NCBI GenBank assembly: GCA_951406725.2
Contig: OX597824.1
Location: forward strand, 84,940,001-85,004,000
DNA length: 64,000 bases
From: Octopus vulgaris
Taxonomy: Eukaryota
Reading direction: 5' to 3'
Shown piece after piece: positions 51,231-63,800 of this stretch (position 1 is the stretch's first letter; each line of letters starts with the position of its first letter). The translations under genes and the position numbers were made by a program. Under the pieces are notes generated by a model. It ran no database searches. It was not told the DNA's origin and saw only the letters and a program-made list of their open reading frames with translations.

Positions 51231-52071
51231 CAGCAGCAGCAGCAGTAGCAGTGTTGGCAGCGACAGTGAAAGTAATGGCTGACAACAGTACCAGTGGTGG
51301 TGGTGGTCGTGGTGGAGTTGGTGGTGGGTGGTGGTGGTGGTGGTGGTGGTGATGGCGCCAGCAGTGGTAGTGGTGGTGACAGCAGCAGCAGCAGTAGCAG
51401 CAGCATTATTGGTGGTGGTGGTAGTGGTGGTGGTGGCGGTGATGGTGGCGATGGCGATGGCGAATGCAATGGCAGCAGTATAGGTGGTGGTGACAGTGGT
51501 GGCAGCGACAGCAGTGGGAGTGGTAGTGGTGGTGGTGGTGGTGGTGGTGATGGTGGTGGTGGTGGTAGTAGTGAGTGGTTGAGGGCTTATGGTGTTACTG
51601 GTTGTAGTAAATGGTAATATGGTGGTGGCGATGGTAGAGATGTCTAATGGTTGTGCTGAGATGCTTTTGTTGGTCAATAATGTTTCTGTGTCAGTGTGAA
51701 TCCACTGAAATGCAATAACAGTACTAATGGTGGTGGTGGTGGTGGTGGTGGTGGTGGCGATGCTGATGATGATGCTGATGAGGATGATGATGATGATGAT
51801 GATGATAATGATGACAATAATAAAGAGAATGATGATGACGATGATGACGATGATGAGGTGATGGTGGTCATGATGATGATAATGATGACAATTATAATGA
51901 GAATGATGATGATGACGATGACGATGACGATGATGAGGTGATGGTGGACAATTATAATCAGAATGATGATGATGACGATGATGATGATGAGGTGATGGTG
52001 GTCATGATGATGATGATGATGATGAAGAAGATAATAATGGGGATGATGCTTATAATGACGACGACGACGAC

Positions 52072-52134
<63 letters not shown>

Positions 52135-52190
52135 GATAATGACAATGAGGATGATGACAAGGATGAGTATGAGGAGGAGCATCGTTACAA
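50158..52190. repeat. Trinucleotide low-complexity block: (GGT)n, (GCA)n, then (GAT)n
   Basis: Direct inspection. Recurrent TATGTAGATGG spacer at 50245-50680. Confidence 0.95.
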
Positions 52191-52487
52191 CAAAGATTAT
52201 GGTGACATCAATAATATTTCTTAATATTTAATTTGATTTAATGTCAACAAGTGACATAGAGGGTGCGGGAGGGGGGAGAAAATTGGCAGCGGTGGTGGTG
52301 TGGTGGCAGGCATGCCTTTACACAAGAATATCATTGGCATTCTCAATGAAGTTGTAAGGATTTCATGTGGGCTAAACAATGAGGCTATCAACACTACCAT
52401 TAATTCTTCTGAAAACAAACTTATCGAAAATGGATATTAATGTATTATAATATATGCGTGTTTGTGTGTGTATGTATGTATGTATTC

Positions 52488-52689
52488 ATTTACTTGTTTC
52501 AGTCATTCGACTGCGGCCATGCTGGAGCACCGCCTTTAGTCGAGGAAATCGACCCCAGGACTTATTCTTTGTAAGCCTAGTACTTATTCTATCAGTCTCT
52601 TTTGGCGAACCGCTAAGTTACGGGGACGTATACACACCAGCATCGGTTGTCAAGCGATGTTGGGGTAGGGGGGCAAACACAACACACAA

Positions 52690-52731
<42 letters not shown>

Positions 52732-52894
52732 GACGGGCTTCTTTCAGTTTCCGTCAACCAAATCCACTCACAAGGCTTTGGTCAGCCCGAGGCTATAGCT
52801 GAAGACACTTGCCCAAGATGCCACGCAATGGGACTGAACCCGGAACCATGTGGTTCGTAAGCAAGCTACTTACCACACAGCCACACCTACACCT
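52488..52894 (-). mobile_element. SINE family A, full length, young
   Basis: Complete family A sequence with most CpGs intact. Confidence 0.93.
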
Positions 52895-52982
52895 ATATGT
52901 ATGTATGTTTGTGTATGTTTTTATGTATGTGTGTATGTATATGTGTATGCCTGTATGTGAGTGTATGTATGTATGTATGTAT

Positions 52983-53170
52983 GTGGCTATGTGGTAAGAA
53001 GTTTGCTTTACAACCACATGGTTCCTGGTTCAGTCCTACTACATTGCCCCAAGTACCTTCTACTTTAGCCTCAGTCTGACAAAAGCTTTGTGAGTGGATT
53101 TGGTAGTTGGAAACTGAAAGAAGCCCATCACACACACACACACACACACACATATATGTATGTATGTATG

Positions 53171-53208
<38 letters not shown>

Positions 53209-53256
53209 GGTGCTCCAGCATGGCCACACTCTAATGACTGAAAGAAGTAAAAGATA
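52983..53256 (+). mobile_element. SINE family A, internally deleted
   Basis: Head, then microsatellite, then directly the tail GGTGGTGCTCCAGCATGGCC. Confidence 0.85.
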
Positions 53257-53504
53257 AGTCATCTAAGAATCCATAAGTCAGAAAAAAAGATGTACGCATA
53301 TCTTTGTCAATAGAATGTACATATCAATCAAAGTATACAGTTTTATAGATCTGTTACAATCAGTTTTACCAGTCAGTTTTGCACTGGGTATTAAAAGCGG
53401 ATGTTAGATAACACCATGATTAAGTAATGCCATGTACTCTTCAGAGATGACAGATGTGGAGAAAATATGACACACACACCCACACACACATATATATAAA
53501 AATA

Positions 53505-54135
53505 TATCATCATCTCGATTAACATCCGTTTTCCATGCTGGCATGGGTTGAATGGTTTGACTGAGGTCTGGAGAGCCAGCGGCTGCATCAGGCTCCAATC
53601 TGATCTGGCAATGTTTCTACAGCTGAATGCCCTTCCTAACGCCAACCACTCTGAGAGTGTAGTGGGTGCTTTTTACGTGTCACTGGTACAGGAGTCAGTC
53701 AGGCGGGCCTGGCATTGATCATGTTCGGACAGTGCTTTTTACGTGCCACTGGCATGGAAACCAGTCAGGGAGCACTGGCATCGACCCCTTTCGGATGGTG
53801 CTTTTTACATGCCACTGGCATGGGAGCCAGTCATACACATATTGGCATATATATATATACATCATCACCATCATCATTTAACATCTGTTTTCCATGCTGG
53901 CATGGATTGGACAGTCTGACTGAAAACTGTTAAATTGGGGTGCTGCACCAGGTTCTGATCTGATTTGGCAAGGTTCCTACGGCTGGATACCCTTCCTAAT
54001 GCCAACCACATTTGAATATATACATGTGAAAACAGTGAGCTGGCAGAATCGTTAGCATGCTGGGCGAAATGCTTAGCAGTATTTTGTCTGTCTTTACGTT
54101 CTGAGTTCAAATTCCGCCGAGGTTCACTTTTGCCC
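53505..54135. mobile_element. Two family C copies (53505-53830 and 53861-54010, minus) and a SINE B head (54033-54135, plus)
   Basis: Family motifs as described above. Confidence 0.85.
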
Positions 54136-54654
54136 CTTTGACATTATACATGACAATGCTTATCATACAGTGGCTGACTGATAAAGAGGATCTACTATCT
54201 ACTTCATTAAGAAGTGATTCATGGTTGAAATGACCTCACACTGTAACCATCCCAACAAGTCATATACTGTTGTAGTAGTGTGTTGTTTATCCTTTCAAGA
54301 ATTCACTCCAGTTTTACTTTCAGTTCCCTGGTTGTGTGCTTTCATATTTTTAGTGCCTAAACATTTGCATTTTCCCTCTCTCTCTTTGACTGAACCCAAA
54401 ACCATATAGCTAGAAAGCAAGCTAAAAAAAAGAAAAGACCTCAGACTAATGATGCAGTAAATCATCAGTTTTGGTTGAATATTTAAAAAAACAAAATGTC
54501 TTGGTGCAGCTGTGGCTGTGTGGTAAGAAGTTTTGCTTCCCAACAACATGTTTCTGGGTTCAGTCCCACTGTGTGGCACTTTCTACTACAGCTTCAGACC
54601 AACCAAGGAACTTGGTAGACAGAAACTGAAAGTAGCCTATCTTATATATTTTTA

Positions 54655-54840
54655 CTAGCAAAAGCCCCCCCCCCCCTTCCCCATCCAATGGATGGTGCTG
54701 AGTTGTCAAACATTTAAACCAAATTTTGTCAAAACAACTTGTCCAATCGTCCCATAGAGAAACACTGATTTAACCAAAAGAAGAAATAAAGATAGACTAT
54801 TTTTCTATTCCTAAGGAAAACGATTTTATTCACACAAATA
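54655..54840 (-). mobile_element. Helitron 3' fragment (same family as 4002-4405)
   Basis: The minus strand ends with hairpin CCATCCATTGGATGG and GCTTTTGCTAG|T. Collinear with 4210-4405. Confidence 0.8.
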
Positions 54841-54876
54841 GGCAACCGAAGAGTTTAAAGTACCAGTAAGTACATT

Positions 54877-54975
54877 GCTCTTAACCACTACACCATATGC
54901 CCATGGGCATATGGCGTAGTGGTTAAGAGCGTGGGCTGCTAACCCCAAGATTCCGAGTTCGATTCCAAGCAGTGA

Positions 54976-55007
<32 letters not shown>

Positions 55008-55203
55008 CTAATAATAACAACATCGAAGAATACCTTAGGAATGAGAACCCAGGTTCAAAATTTCCCCAAGACACCTGAAGTAGGCTGGAGGGTATAACAG
55101 CTGAAATGTTGTGTTAACAACAAACAAGATGAGGACAAATAATGTCAAATGTAAATAATGTAAATAATGTACAAAATTCCTCATCTCTTAAATATAGAAC
55201 TGT
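54877..55203 (+). mobile_element. tRNA-headed, hammerhead-bearing short element with palindromic 5' end (candidate Penelope-dependent SINE)
   Basis: 27+27 bp palindrome at 54877-54930. A box TGGCGTAGTGG at 54912-54922 and B box GAGTTCGATTCC at 54955-54966. Then (AAT)n, a hammerhead fold at 55070-55115 and a 3' stem AGATGAGGA/TCCTCATCT. Confidence 0.7.
55070..55115 (+). ncRNA. Minimal type I hammerhead ribozyme (degenerate copy)
   Basis: GACAC-CUGAAGU-A-GGCUG-(10 nt)-CAGCU-GAAA-UG-UU-GUGUU. Stem I is GACAC/GUGUU and stem II is GGCUG/CAGCU. The core is one substitution from CUGANGA. Confidence 0.65.
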
Positions 55204-55273
55204 AAAACCTGTTTGTTATTTGGCAAGAAATTGCTGAACACTCATATGTTGTCTAATGACAGGAGAGTCCATG

Positions 55274-55309
<36 letters not shown>

Positions 55310-55389
55310 TATATAAATACTTATATATATATGTTCATACAAATATAATTATTTTAATGTCCACTTAGCTATGCTTTCCCTATGGATAT

Positions 55390-56430
55390 CAATGAATGTT
55401 GTAATATGTACTATGTTTTGCAGACAGTAAGATAACAAATCTCCACCCTGTGCAGAAAGGGAATTCTTTGTTGAGAATATTCTGGGTTATACTGGGTGAA
55501 GTGATTTCTCGATCTACAAATTTGCATATAAAGTGGGAGAGTGGAGTGAACTTTTCTCTGTCCCTTGACTTGAAAGGATGTACATGCTGGATAAACTTTC
55601 CTTGAAGTCAGTAATAAGCCATTAGTAGTAAGCCATGATACCTTGGGATACCAACAGGTGTGGTGAGAAGAAGAATTATCTTAGTGAACAGGTGATTTGA
55701 TTTTAGTGCTTGTATGTAGGTACTTGGGGTGAAAGCCATATAGGTTTGTGATTTTGTTTTTTGTTGTAGGATGCAACATTGGATGCAATACTGTCTAAGC
55801 AAGAATAGCTCACCTTGATATTATGTTCATTAAAAAGTTTATATTTATGGTGCTTTGGAAGTGTTGCCTAATTAGTTATGGGAAGTTCCTTGTCATATTT
55901 ATGGAGACATCTAGATGGAGGAGTGAATTAGGTTGTTTTTCTCTTCCTAACTCTCTTCAGGGATGGTAGATCTATAAATACTGATTTCTCACCAAAGCCA
56001 CTTATTTATAATATCAATAATAAAATGCCATATGTTGAAGATATCTCTATCTGAGGATTGATTAAAGATTCTTCTACTAACACTGGCTACTAAATTTCTA
56101 ATTGCAACTGGAGGTGGTTGGAATCCCTATAAATATATACAGCCTTCTTGTTAGACTTTCTGTAGGGATAATATCTGAATGTTCTCAAGACTAGAGTAGT
56201 GTCCAAAAAATGACTGGAGTTAGATTGGTGATGATGAGCATTTTAAAACCAAATTCTTCGAATATTTTGATTAGGTTCTACCTAAACTGATATATAACTT
56301 AGTCATTCATGTTACTTGAAAGTGGGAAGCTGCCATTTCTGTACAAGCCTCAGCCATGAAGGATGAATTCTTCTTTAGAGTATTTGGAACAAACAATCCA
56401 GTGAATCTGTAACCTATCAAGGACAATGGA
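55390..56430 (-). mobile_element. Penelope-like element remnant (RT thumb, linker, GIY-YIG C-terminus)
   Basis: Minus-strand peptides in the expected order: GLYRNG (GLYRDD), IKIFEEFGFKMLI, FLDTTLVL..YPYRK, VYIYRDSNH, FTPP (WFNPP), FNEHNIKVSYSC, FKE and TPLSHFI..PSITQNILNK. Confidence 0.8.
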
Positions 56431-56531
56431 GATTACTCCTGCATGCATGTATCAATTACCACTTACTAATCTAAACACTAGCTAGTAGCAGCTCTACTCA
56501 GAAACAACCTCAGCAGAAGGGGAATCAGATA

Positions 56532-56629
56532 TGAAGTGATATCAAAAAGTTCCTGGACTAGCTTTATAGTGTGCCAACAGATGGCAGCACAAAGTTACAT
56601 GCACAGTGAGAGTTTTTGATACCACCTTG
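56532..56629. mobile_element. 98-bp mariner-type MITE
   Basis: TA|TGAAGTGATATCAAAAAGTT ... AGTTTTTGATACCACCTTG|TA: imperfect TIRs and a TA TSD. Confidence 0.7.
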
Positions 56630-56689
56630 TATAGTGTGCAAAATTGCTTCACTTTGTACATGTGATGCATATGAATGAGGATATCTATA

Positions 56690-57700
56690 TAAAGTTGTAC
56701 TGATTGCTCCCAGTAGTTGGAAACTGTGGAAATAGAAGACCCAAGAAGGCATTGGTTGAGTTAATGAAGGTTGATCTTAGGATGTTGAGAAACACAGAAG
56801 AGATGACAAAGGACCAAGTTGATTGGGAACACGCAGTACTGGAGAAGACTCACTCAGCTATGCTCATATATTATCACTGAGACTCTCAAAGCATAATGTA
56901 TATATTCACTATTCATTCGACTGAGTTCCTACCAAATCTGCTCCAACCCCTGTTTCTTCCTCCCTGTCTCTTTCCCTCGCCCTTACAGTTGGATCCCTTT
57001 CCTTGATCCACTTCTATCCATTCCTCATTCTTATCCTCATCCACTCCCACCCTCGTTGGTATCTCTCTCTCATGCCCCTCCTCCCAATTTGCAACCTTTA
57101 ACTCTACCCTTCATCACACTATTACTCGTCCCTCTATCAATCTCCTGTCTACTGAATTATCCTACTGCTCTAAGAAGTTAAAGCAGAACCTATTACTGTA
57201 TACCATACAACCAGCTCTGTACAGTTTATCGACCCACCCTCATCCTTTGTGCTACCCCTAATCAGCATCTATCCCTCACTCTTATAGTTCCCCACTCATA
57301 TTTATCATCTTCATTTCTGCTCACCATTCATTACACTTATTCCTTACATACACCTGACCATTTCCACCCACCATGTTTATAATCATTTCTCACTCTCCTC
57401 CCACATGCTTACAATCTTACCACCACTTTTCCCTCATTCTTCTGTATCCACTTTCTCTTCTATGCATTTCTTGCATATGTTACCATGAGGACATGTTCTG
57501 TTCCTTTGTCGTCATTGGAGTTGCCTCTCTTTGGGCTTCACCCCACCCTCTCTCATCCTCTCATATAAAATATGAGATGGCCATGAATTTCCTCTAACAA
57601 CAGTAAATCTCTTTTTAATTCCCTCATCATAATTTAACTTCTCTATACCTTGCTTAATATGACCACACTGTCTCTCTCACTCTCAGTAATTTTTTGTCTT
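56690..57700 (+). mobile_element. RTE 3' remnant followed by a long pyrimidine-rich 3' UTR-like tract
   Basis: VVGNCGNRRPKK..DLRMLRNTEEMTKD aligns to VEGIRGRGRPRK..DLQMLGLTEAMTKD at 9108-9210. C/T-rich at 56930-57690. Confidence 0.65.
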
Positions 57701-57807
57701 GAAGAGCTCGGTTAAACGAATGAAAGTGCTAATAAAGAATTATCTAAAATTCTGACTGCTTCCTTTTTCTCAATATACAATATCTGTACACCACTCCAAA
57801 AACTCTA

Positions 57808-57830
57808 TACATACATACATACCTACATAC

Positions 57831-57878
<48 letters not shown>

Positions 57879-57917
57879 ATATATATATATGTGTGTGTAT
57901 ATATATGTATGTATGTA

Positions 57918-58008
<91 letters not shown>

Positions 58009-58103
58009 CATCATCATCATCATTTAGCGTCCGTTTTCCATGCTAGCATATATATATATATATATATGGATGCCCTTCCTATATATATATATGCCAGCCA
58101 GAG

Positions 58104-58180
<77 letters not shown>

Positions 58181-58220
58181 TATATTTATATATATATATA
58201 TATTATATATATATATATGT
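57808..58220. repeat. (TA)n tract with embedded family C shards
   Basis: Direct inspection. Confidence 0.9.
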
Positions 58221-59386
58221 GTCACTGGAAAGCTCCTGCAGTGGATCAAGTGCTTCCTGTCTAACAGAACCCAACATGTTGTAGTCGAAGGAGTCAAATC
58301 CAGCCCAGCCAAAGTCAGCAGTGGTGTCCCACAAGGCACTGTGTTGGGCCCACTTCTCTTCATCATCTACATAAATGATATTACTGACACCATCAAACAC
58401 AGTAACATCAGAACCTTCGCTGATGATTCCAAGCTCCAGAAGGTCATCAATGGCGTGGATGACCGAATAAACCTTCAGTCAGACCTACTGGCTGTTGTCC
58501 AATGGGCGGAAAAGAATAACATGTTGCTAAATGAAGACAAATTTGAACTGATCCACTTTGGAAGAGAGGACACTCTGAAACTCCCATACTCTCTTCCTTC
58601 TGGAGAAATTCTCATGGCATCCAACAACATCAGAGACCTGGGAGTAACAGTGGACAACAACATAAGCTGGGCTACACATATAAGCAGCAAAGTTGACATG
58701 GCCCGCAGAATGTGTTCCTGGATTCTCAGAACCTTCCAGTCGAGAGATTCCCACGCTATTATCCTTCTCCTCTCCACTTTTGCCCGACCCCACCTTGAAT
58801 ACTGCTGTCCACTGTGGTCTCCCTACACAAAACAAAATATTATGAGAATTGAAGCTCCTCAAAGGTCAATCACAAAAAAGATAGATGGCATGTCAGACCT
58901 TGACTACTGGGGTAGACTAGAGAAACTGAAATTGTATTCACTCCAACGACGCCGTGAACGCTACATTATCTGAATGATGTGGAAAATATTCCACCAGCAC
59001 TGTCCGAATGATGTTGGCATCACCTTCAAAATGCATCCAAGGCTAGGACCACGTGCCATCCGTCCACAACAAAAATCTAAATCACATCACATAACGACAA
59101 TACGGCACAACTATTTCACCTCAATTGGACCTCTCTCGTCAACATTACACCAGGGCACGTCAAAAAAGAAACTGACCACACAAAATTCAAGAAGTCTTTG
59201 GACAAATTCCTTCAAACAGTACCGGACAAACCACCCACACCCGGATATGTCTCCGCAAACAATAACTCTCTGCTCGAATGGGCCTTGGTGCCCAAATCCT
59301 GAACTGAAAGACTTTGCCAGGTGGTGCTATTAAGTTAGACATGGCCTGGGCCAATACTGGCCAAAACCTTTCTAAGTTATTCTAAG

Positions 59387-59390
<4 letters not shown>
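58221..59390 (+). mobile_element. CR1-group LINE, 5' truncated (second subfamily)
   Basis: SGVPQGTVLGPLLF, FADDSK, IRDLG, HLEYCCPLWSP and SLQRRRERY. In-frame stop at 58971-58973. Tail (TTCTAAGTTA)2. Confidence 0.95.
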
Positions 59391-60384
<994 letters not shown>

Positions 60385-60398
60385 TATATATATGTATG

Positions 60399-60490
<92 letters not shown>

Positions 60491-60851
60491 TATGTGTGTG
60501 TGCTGGATGCAGAGTATCAGGTATCCATTTATGGATCTTTGAGGACCTACAAAAGTTATGGATGCCATCCCTTCCGCCAGACACTCAGCAAGAAAAGAAC
60601 AAAATGAATCATGATAGTCAGAAACATTTTAGAACTTTGGCTTCCATGGTAACACAGAAGCTATGCTATGATCACTTTGTCAATGAATTCTTACTCCAGA
60701 CAAATAATGCATACAAGGTGATGTTTTGACAGCATAAATCTCATGTAAGATATATAGGTTTCATTTCAGTGTGATTTAGTGTTTGTGTGGTAATTAATTC
60801 TGTAATACTTCATGTTGAAAGGGAAAACTGTCTGGCTATAAAAAACTCAGT

Positions 60852-61108
60852 TAAAAAAAAAATGTCCCTTCTCGAGCCTTGCCAGGCTCATAAGGGCCAG
60901 TTTCCCGGTTTCAGTGGTGTAGAAATTCCCCACCTGGACAGGACGCCAGTCCGTCGCAGGATTACTCATTTTTGCCAGCTGAGTGGACTGGAGCAAGGTG
61001 AAATGAAGTGTTTTGCTCAAGAACACAACGCATCGCCCGATCCGGGAATCAAAACCACAACCTTACAATCATGAGTTCAACACCTTAACCACTAAGCCAT
61101 GCACCTCC
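60852..61108 (-). mobile_element. tRNA-derived SINE with D-like head and E-like tail
   Basis: A box TGGCTTAGTGG, GTGTTCTTGAGCAAAACACTT and CCTGCGACGGACTGGCGTCCTGTCCAGG. Exact 14-bp TSD ATAAAAAACTCAGT at 60838-60851 and 61109-61122. Confidence 0.9.
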
Positions 61109-61139
61109 ATAAAAAACTCAGTGAATGCATCTGAAACAG

Positions 61140-61375
61140 TTTCTCCACATTGCTCCACAAGGAGCATAGGGCCATGATCATTTCATACCAGTGGACACAA
61201 TCATGGGCTACCTCCTTGATTTCAGACCAAACTCCATGCATCCTTTCCAGATCTACTTAGGTCATCCAACTTTCCTCTTTCCTTTAGGTTGCCAGTCTAA
61301 CTCTTATCTTGCCATGCTGCTTGGAGGTTTCCTTAGAGTGTAACTGATCCAGCCCCATTTCCTTTTCAGAATTTT
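61140..61375 (-). mobile_element. Old RTE LINE C-terminal remnant
   Basis: ILKRKWGWISYTLRKPPSSMAR*ELDWQPKGKRKVG*PK. Confidence 0.8.
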
Positions 61376-61703
61376 TTGATTGATGGGAATTTGGTTCCAC
61401 CTCTCCTTGAGCTTAAAGAGGTTGACTTGTGGCTAAGAATCACTATTAGAAAACCAAATTGTTATGGGAACCACAATTACGTCAACTATTTCAAACTGAA
61501 ACAGAATCAAACTAAAATTGTCATTTGTGTATCATACCAAAGGTATTTATACCATTGAAAATCATGATGCTGTGGTTTTTGTTGAAGAGAACCTCTTCAT
61601 AGACATGCTGTGATAAAAATGCAGTATATATCAGAGCAAGGCAAACATCATTGCAGTAGTGATTCATAAGAATGACAGTTGCATTTCACCCTAAAAGATA
61701 TCT

Positions 61704-61935
61704 ATTTCTTTATTGCCCACAAGGGGCTAAACACAGAGGGGACGAACAAGGACAGACAAATGGATTAAGTCGATTATATCGACCCCGGTGCGTAACTGGT
61801 ACTTATTTAATCGACTCCGAAAGGATGAAAGGCAAAGTTGACCTCGGTGGAATTTGAACTCAGAACGTAGCGGCATATGAAATACCACTAAGCATTTCGC
61901 CCGGCGTGCTAATGAATTTGCCAGCTTGCCACCTT
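61704..61935 (-). mobile_element. SINE family B, full length
   Basis: TSD CCTA(A/C)AAGATA(T/C)CT at 61690-61703 and 61936-61949. Confidence 0.92.
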
Positions 61936-62258
61936 CCTACAAGATACCTGTCAATGCTGTGCTTCTGTTTGCTCCTTGCTAACATGAAATTCATTCTTTG
62001 GTATATAGGAAACAGTAAAGAATACATTCATTGTGGAAATCTTGTAGAGTCTCAAATTGGGTGAAACAAGTCTCATTCTCAAGGGTCACAGTGTGAAAAA
62101 GTTCATCTACGATGCACTACAATGTAATGTGTTTTTAACATATGATATTTATGGAGAGATTTTCTCTCAGGCACAAAACAAAGCATCATACCCTTTCAAT
62201 GGCGTTTATACATTTATTATGATACACCAATGAGAATTTTAATTTAATACTGTTTCAG

Positions 62259-62638
62259 TTGCAGTCACCAAATTATTTACAGCCCAGCAAGCTTTTTGCA
62301 ACATCAGTGAATATATCATCCACTGTTTCCTATATATAAAACATGAATTTCATCTTAGGCACTGACAAACAGGGGCACAGTATTGACAAAACCCCAAGTG
62401 AAGCATATCTACCATTCTTATGAGTCAATGTTGTGATGAAGTTTACCTTGCTTTGCTATGCATTGTGTTATAACATGTCTATGATAAGATTTTCTTTTGC
62501 ACAAAAAACCCCCAGAGTATCTTGCCTTTTCAAATGTGTATATGCATTTAGTATGGTATATAAATGGCAAGTATGCATACATATATACTTATACATATTC
62601 ATATATATATATATATATATACATACACACACACACAA

Positions 62639-62679
<41 letters not shown>

Positions 62680-62815
62680 CACACACAAGTATATGTTAGT
62701 ATATATATATATATATATATAAAATGAGATAGGGGTTGAAAATTCAACCCACCATGGGATAACATAATGCCTTTACTGTTATGTAATGGTGTAATAAAGT
62801 ATTGATTGGGTATCA
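62259..62815 (+). other. Candidate terminal exon
   Basis: Acceptor TTTAATACTGTTTCAG|, unique sequence, and AATAAA at about 62793 followed by a T/G-rich stretch. Confidence 0.25.
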
Positions 62816-62889
62816 TCTGATGGTTGATGTTTGATTGATTTAAGTATGTTTCTCCATTTTCTAATTTTGTAATATATATATATATTCGT

Positions 62890-63262
62890 TTATTCTTTTA
62901 TTTGTTTTAGTCATTTGACTGTGGCCATGCTGGAGCACCACCTTTAGTCGAACAAATCGACCCCAGAACTTATTCTTTGTTTGCCCAGTACTTATTCTAT
63001 CAGTCTGTTTTGCCAAACTGCTAAGTTACGAGGGTGTAAACATGCCAATATCAGTTGTCAAGCAATGGTGGGGGGAAACAGACACAGATACATACATACA
63101 AAAACGATGGGCTTCTTTCAGTTTTGTCTACCAAATCCACTCACAAGGCTTTAGTCAGCTTGAGGCTATAGTAGAAGACACTCGCTCAAGGTGTCACACA
63201 GTGGGACTGAACTCGGAACCATGTGGTTGAGAATCAAGCTCCTTACCACACAGCCACTCCTT
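62890..63262 (-). mobile_element. SINE family A
   Basis: Complete family A layout on the minus strand. Confidence 0.9.
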
Positions 63263-63473
63263 ACACACACACACACATGTATATATATGTATATATATCA
63301 TCATTATCATCAAATTTTAATGTCCACTTTTCCAGGTATTTGTTGAGTAGCTTTTCTACACCTAAATTTTCTTCCTGTGTATGTATGCGGATATCATATA
63401 TATAACTTACTACTACGATGGAAAAACTTAGGACGAATACACGAGTTTATATATACATTTCTCTCTCTCTCTT

Positions 63474-63474
<1 letters not shown>

Positions 63475-63515
<41 letters not shown>

Positions 63516-63596
63516 TACATATACACACATATATTTATATATATATACATGCATACATATATATATATATATACATATATAGATATTTATATATAA

Positions 63597-63640
<44 letters not shown>

Positions 63641-63800
63641 CATATATATATATATATATACACATACATATATATTTATATATACATATATATATATATA
63701 GATATTTATATATAAATACATATATATAAATACATACATATATATTAATATATATATATATACATACATATATATATATTTATATATATATATATATATG
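63475..63800. repeat. (TA)n-rich tract
   Basis: Direct inspection. Confidence 0.95.

Noticed and set aside
50903-52231. Poly-Pro/Thr/Ala/Gly/Asp/Met ORFs
   Set aside because: Overlapping ORFs in many frames on both strands come from triplet repeats. No convincing splice sites or domain.
54905-54977. Possible tRNA-Ser(GCT) gene
   Set aside because: The acceptor and T stems pair poorly, there is no long variable arm and no T-run terminator. It is a SINE-type head.
60496-60729. 77-aa ORF in unique-looking sequence
   Set aside because: No recognisable motif and no clear acceptor site.
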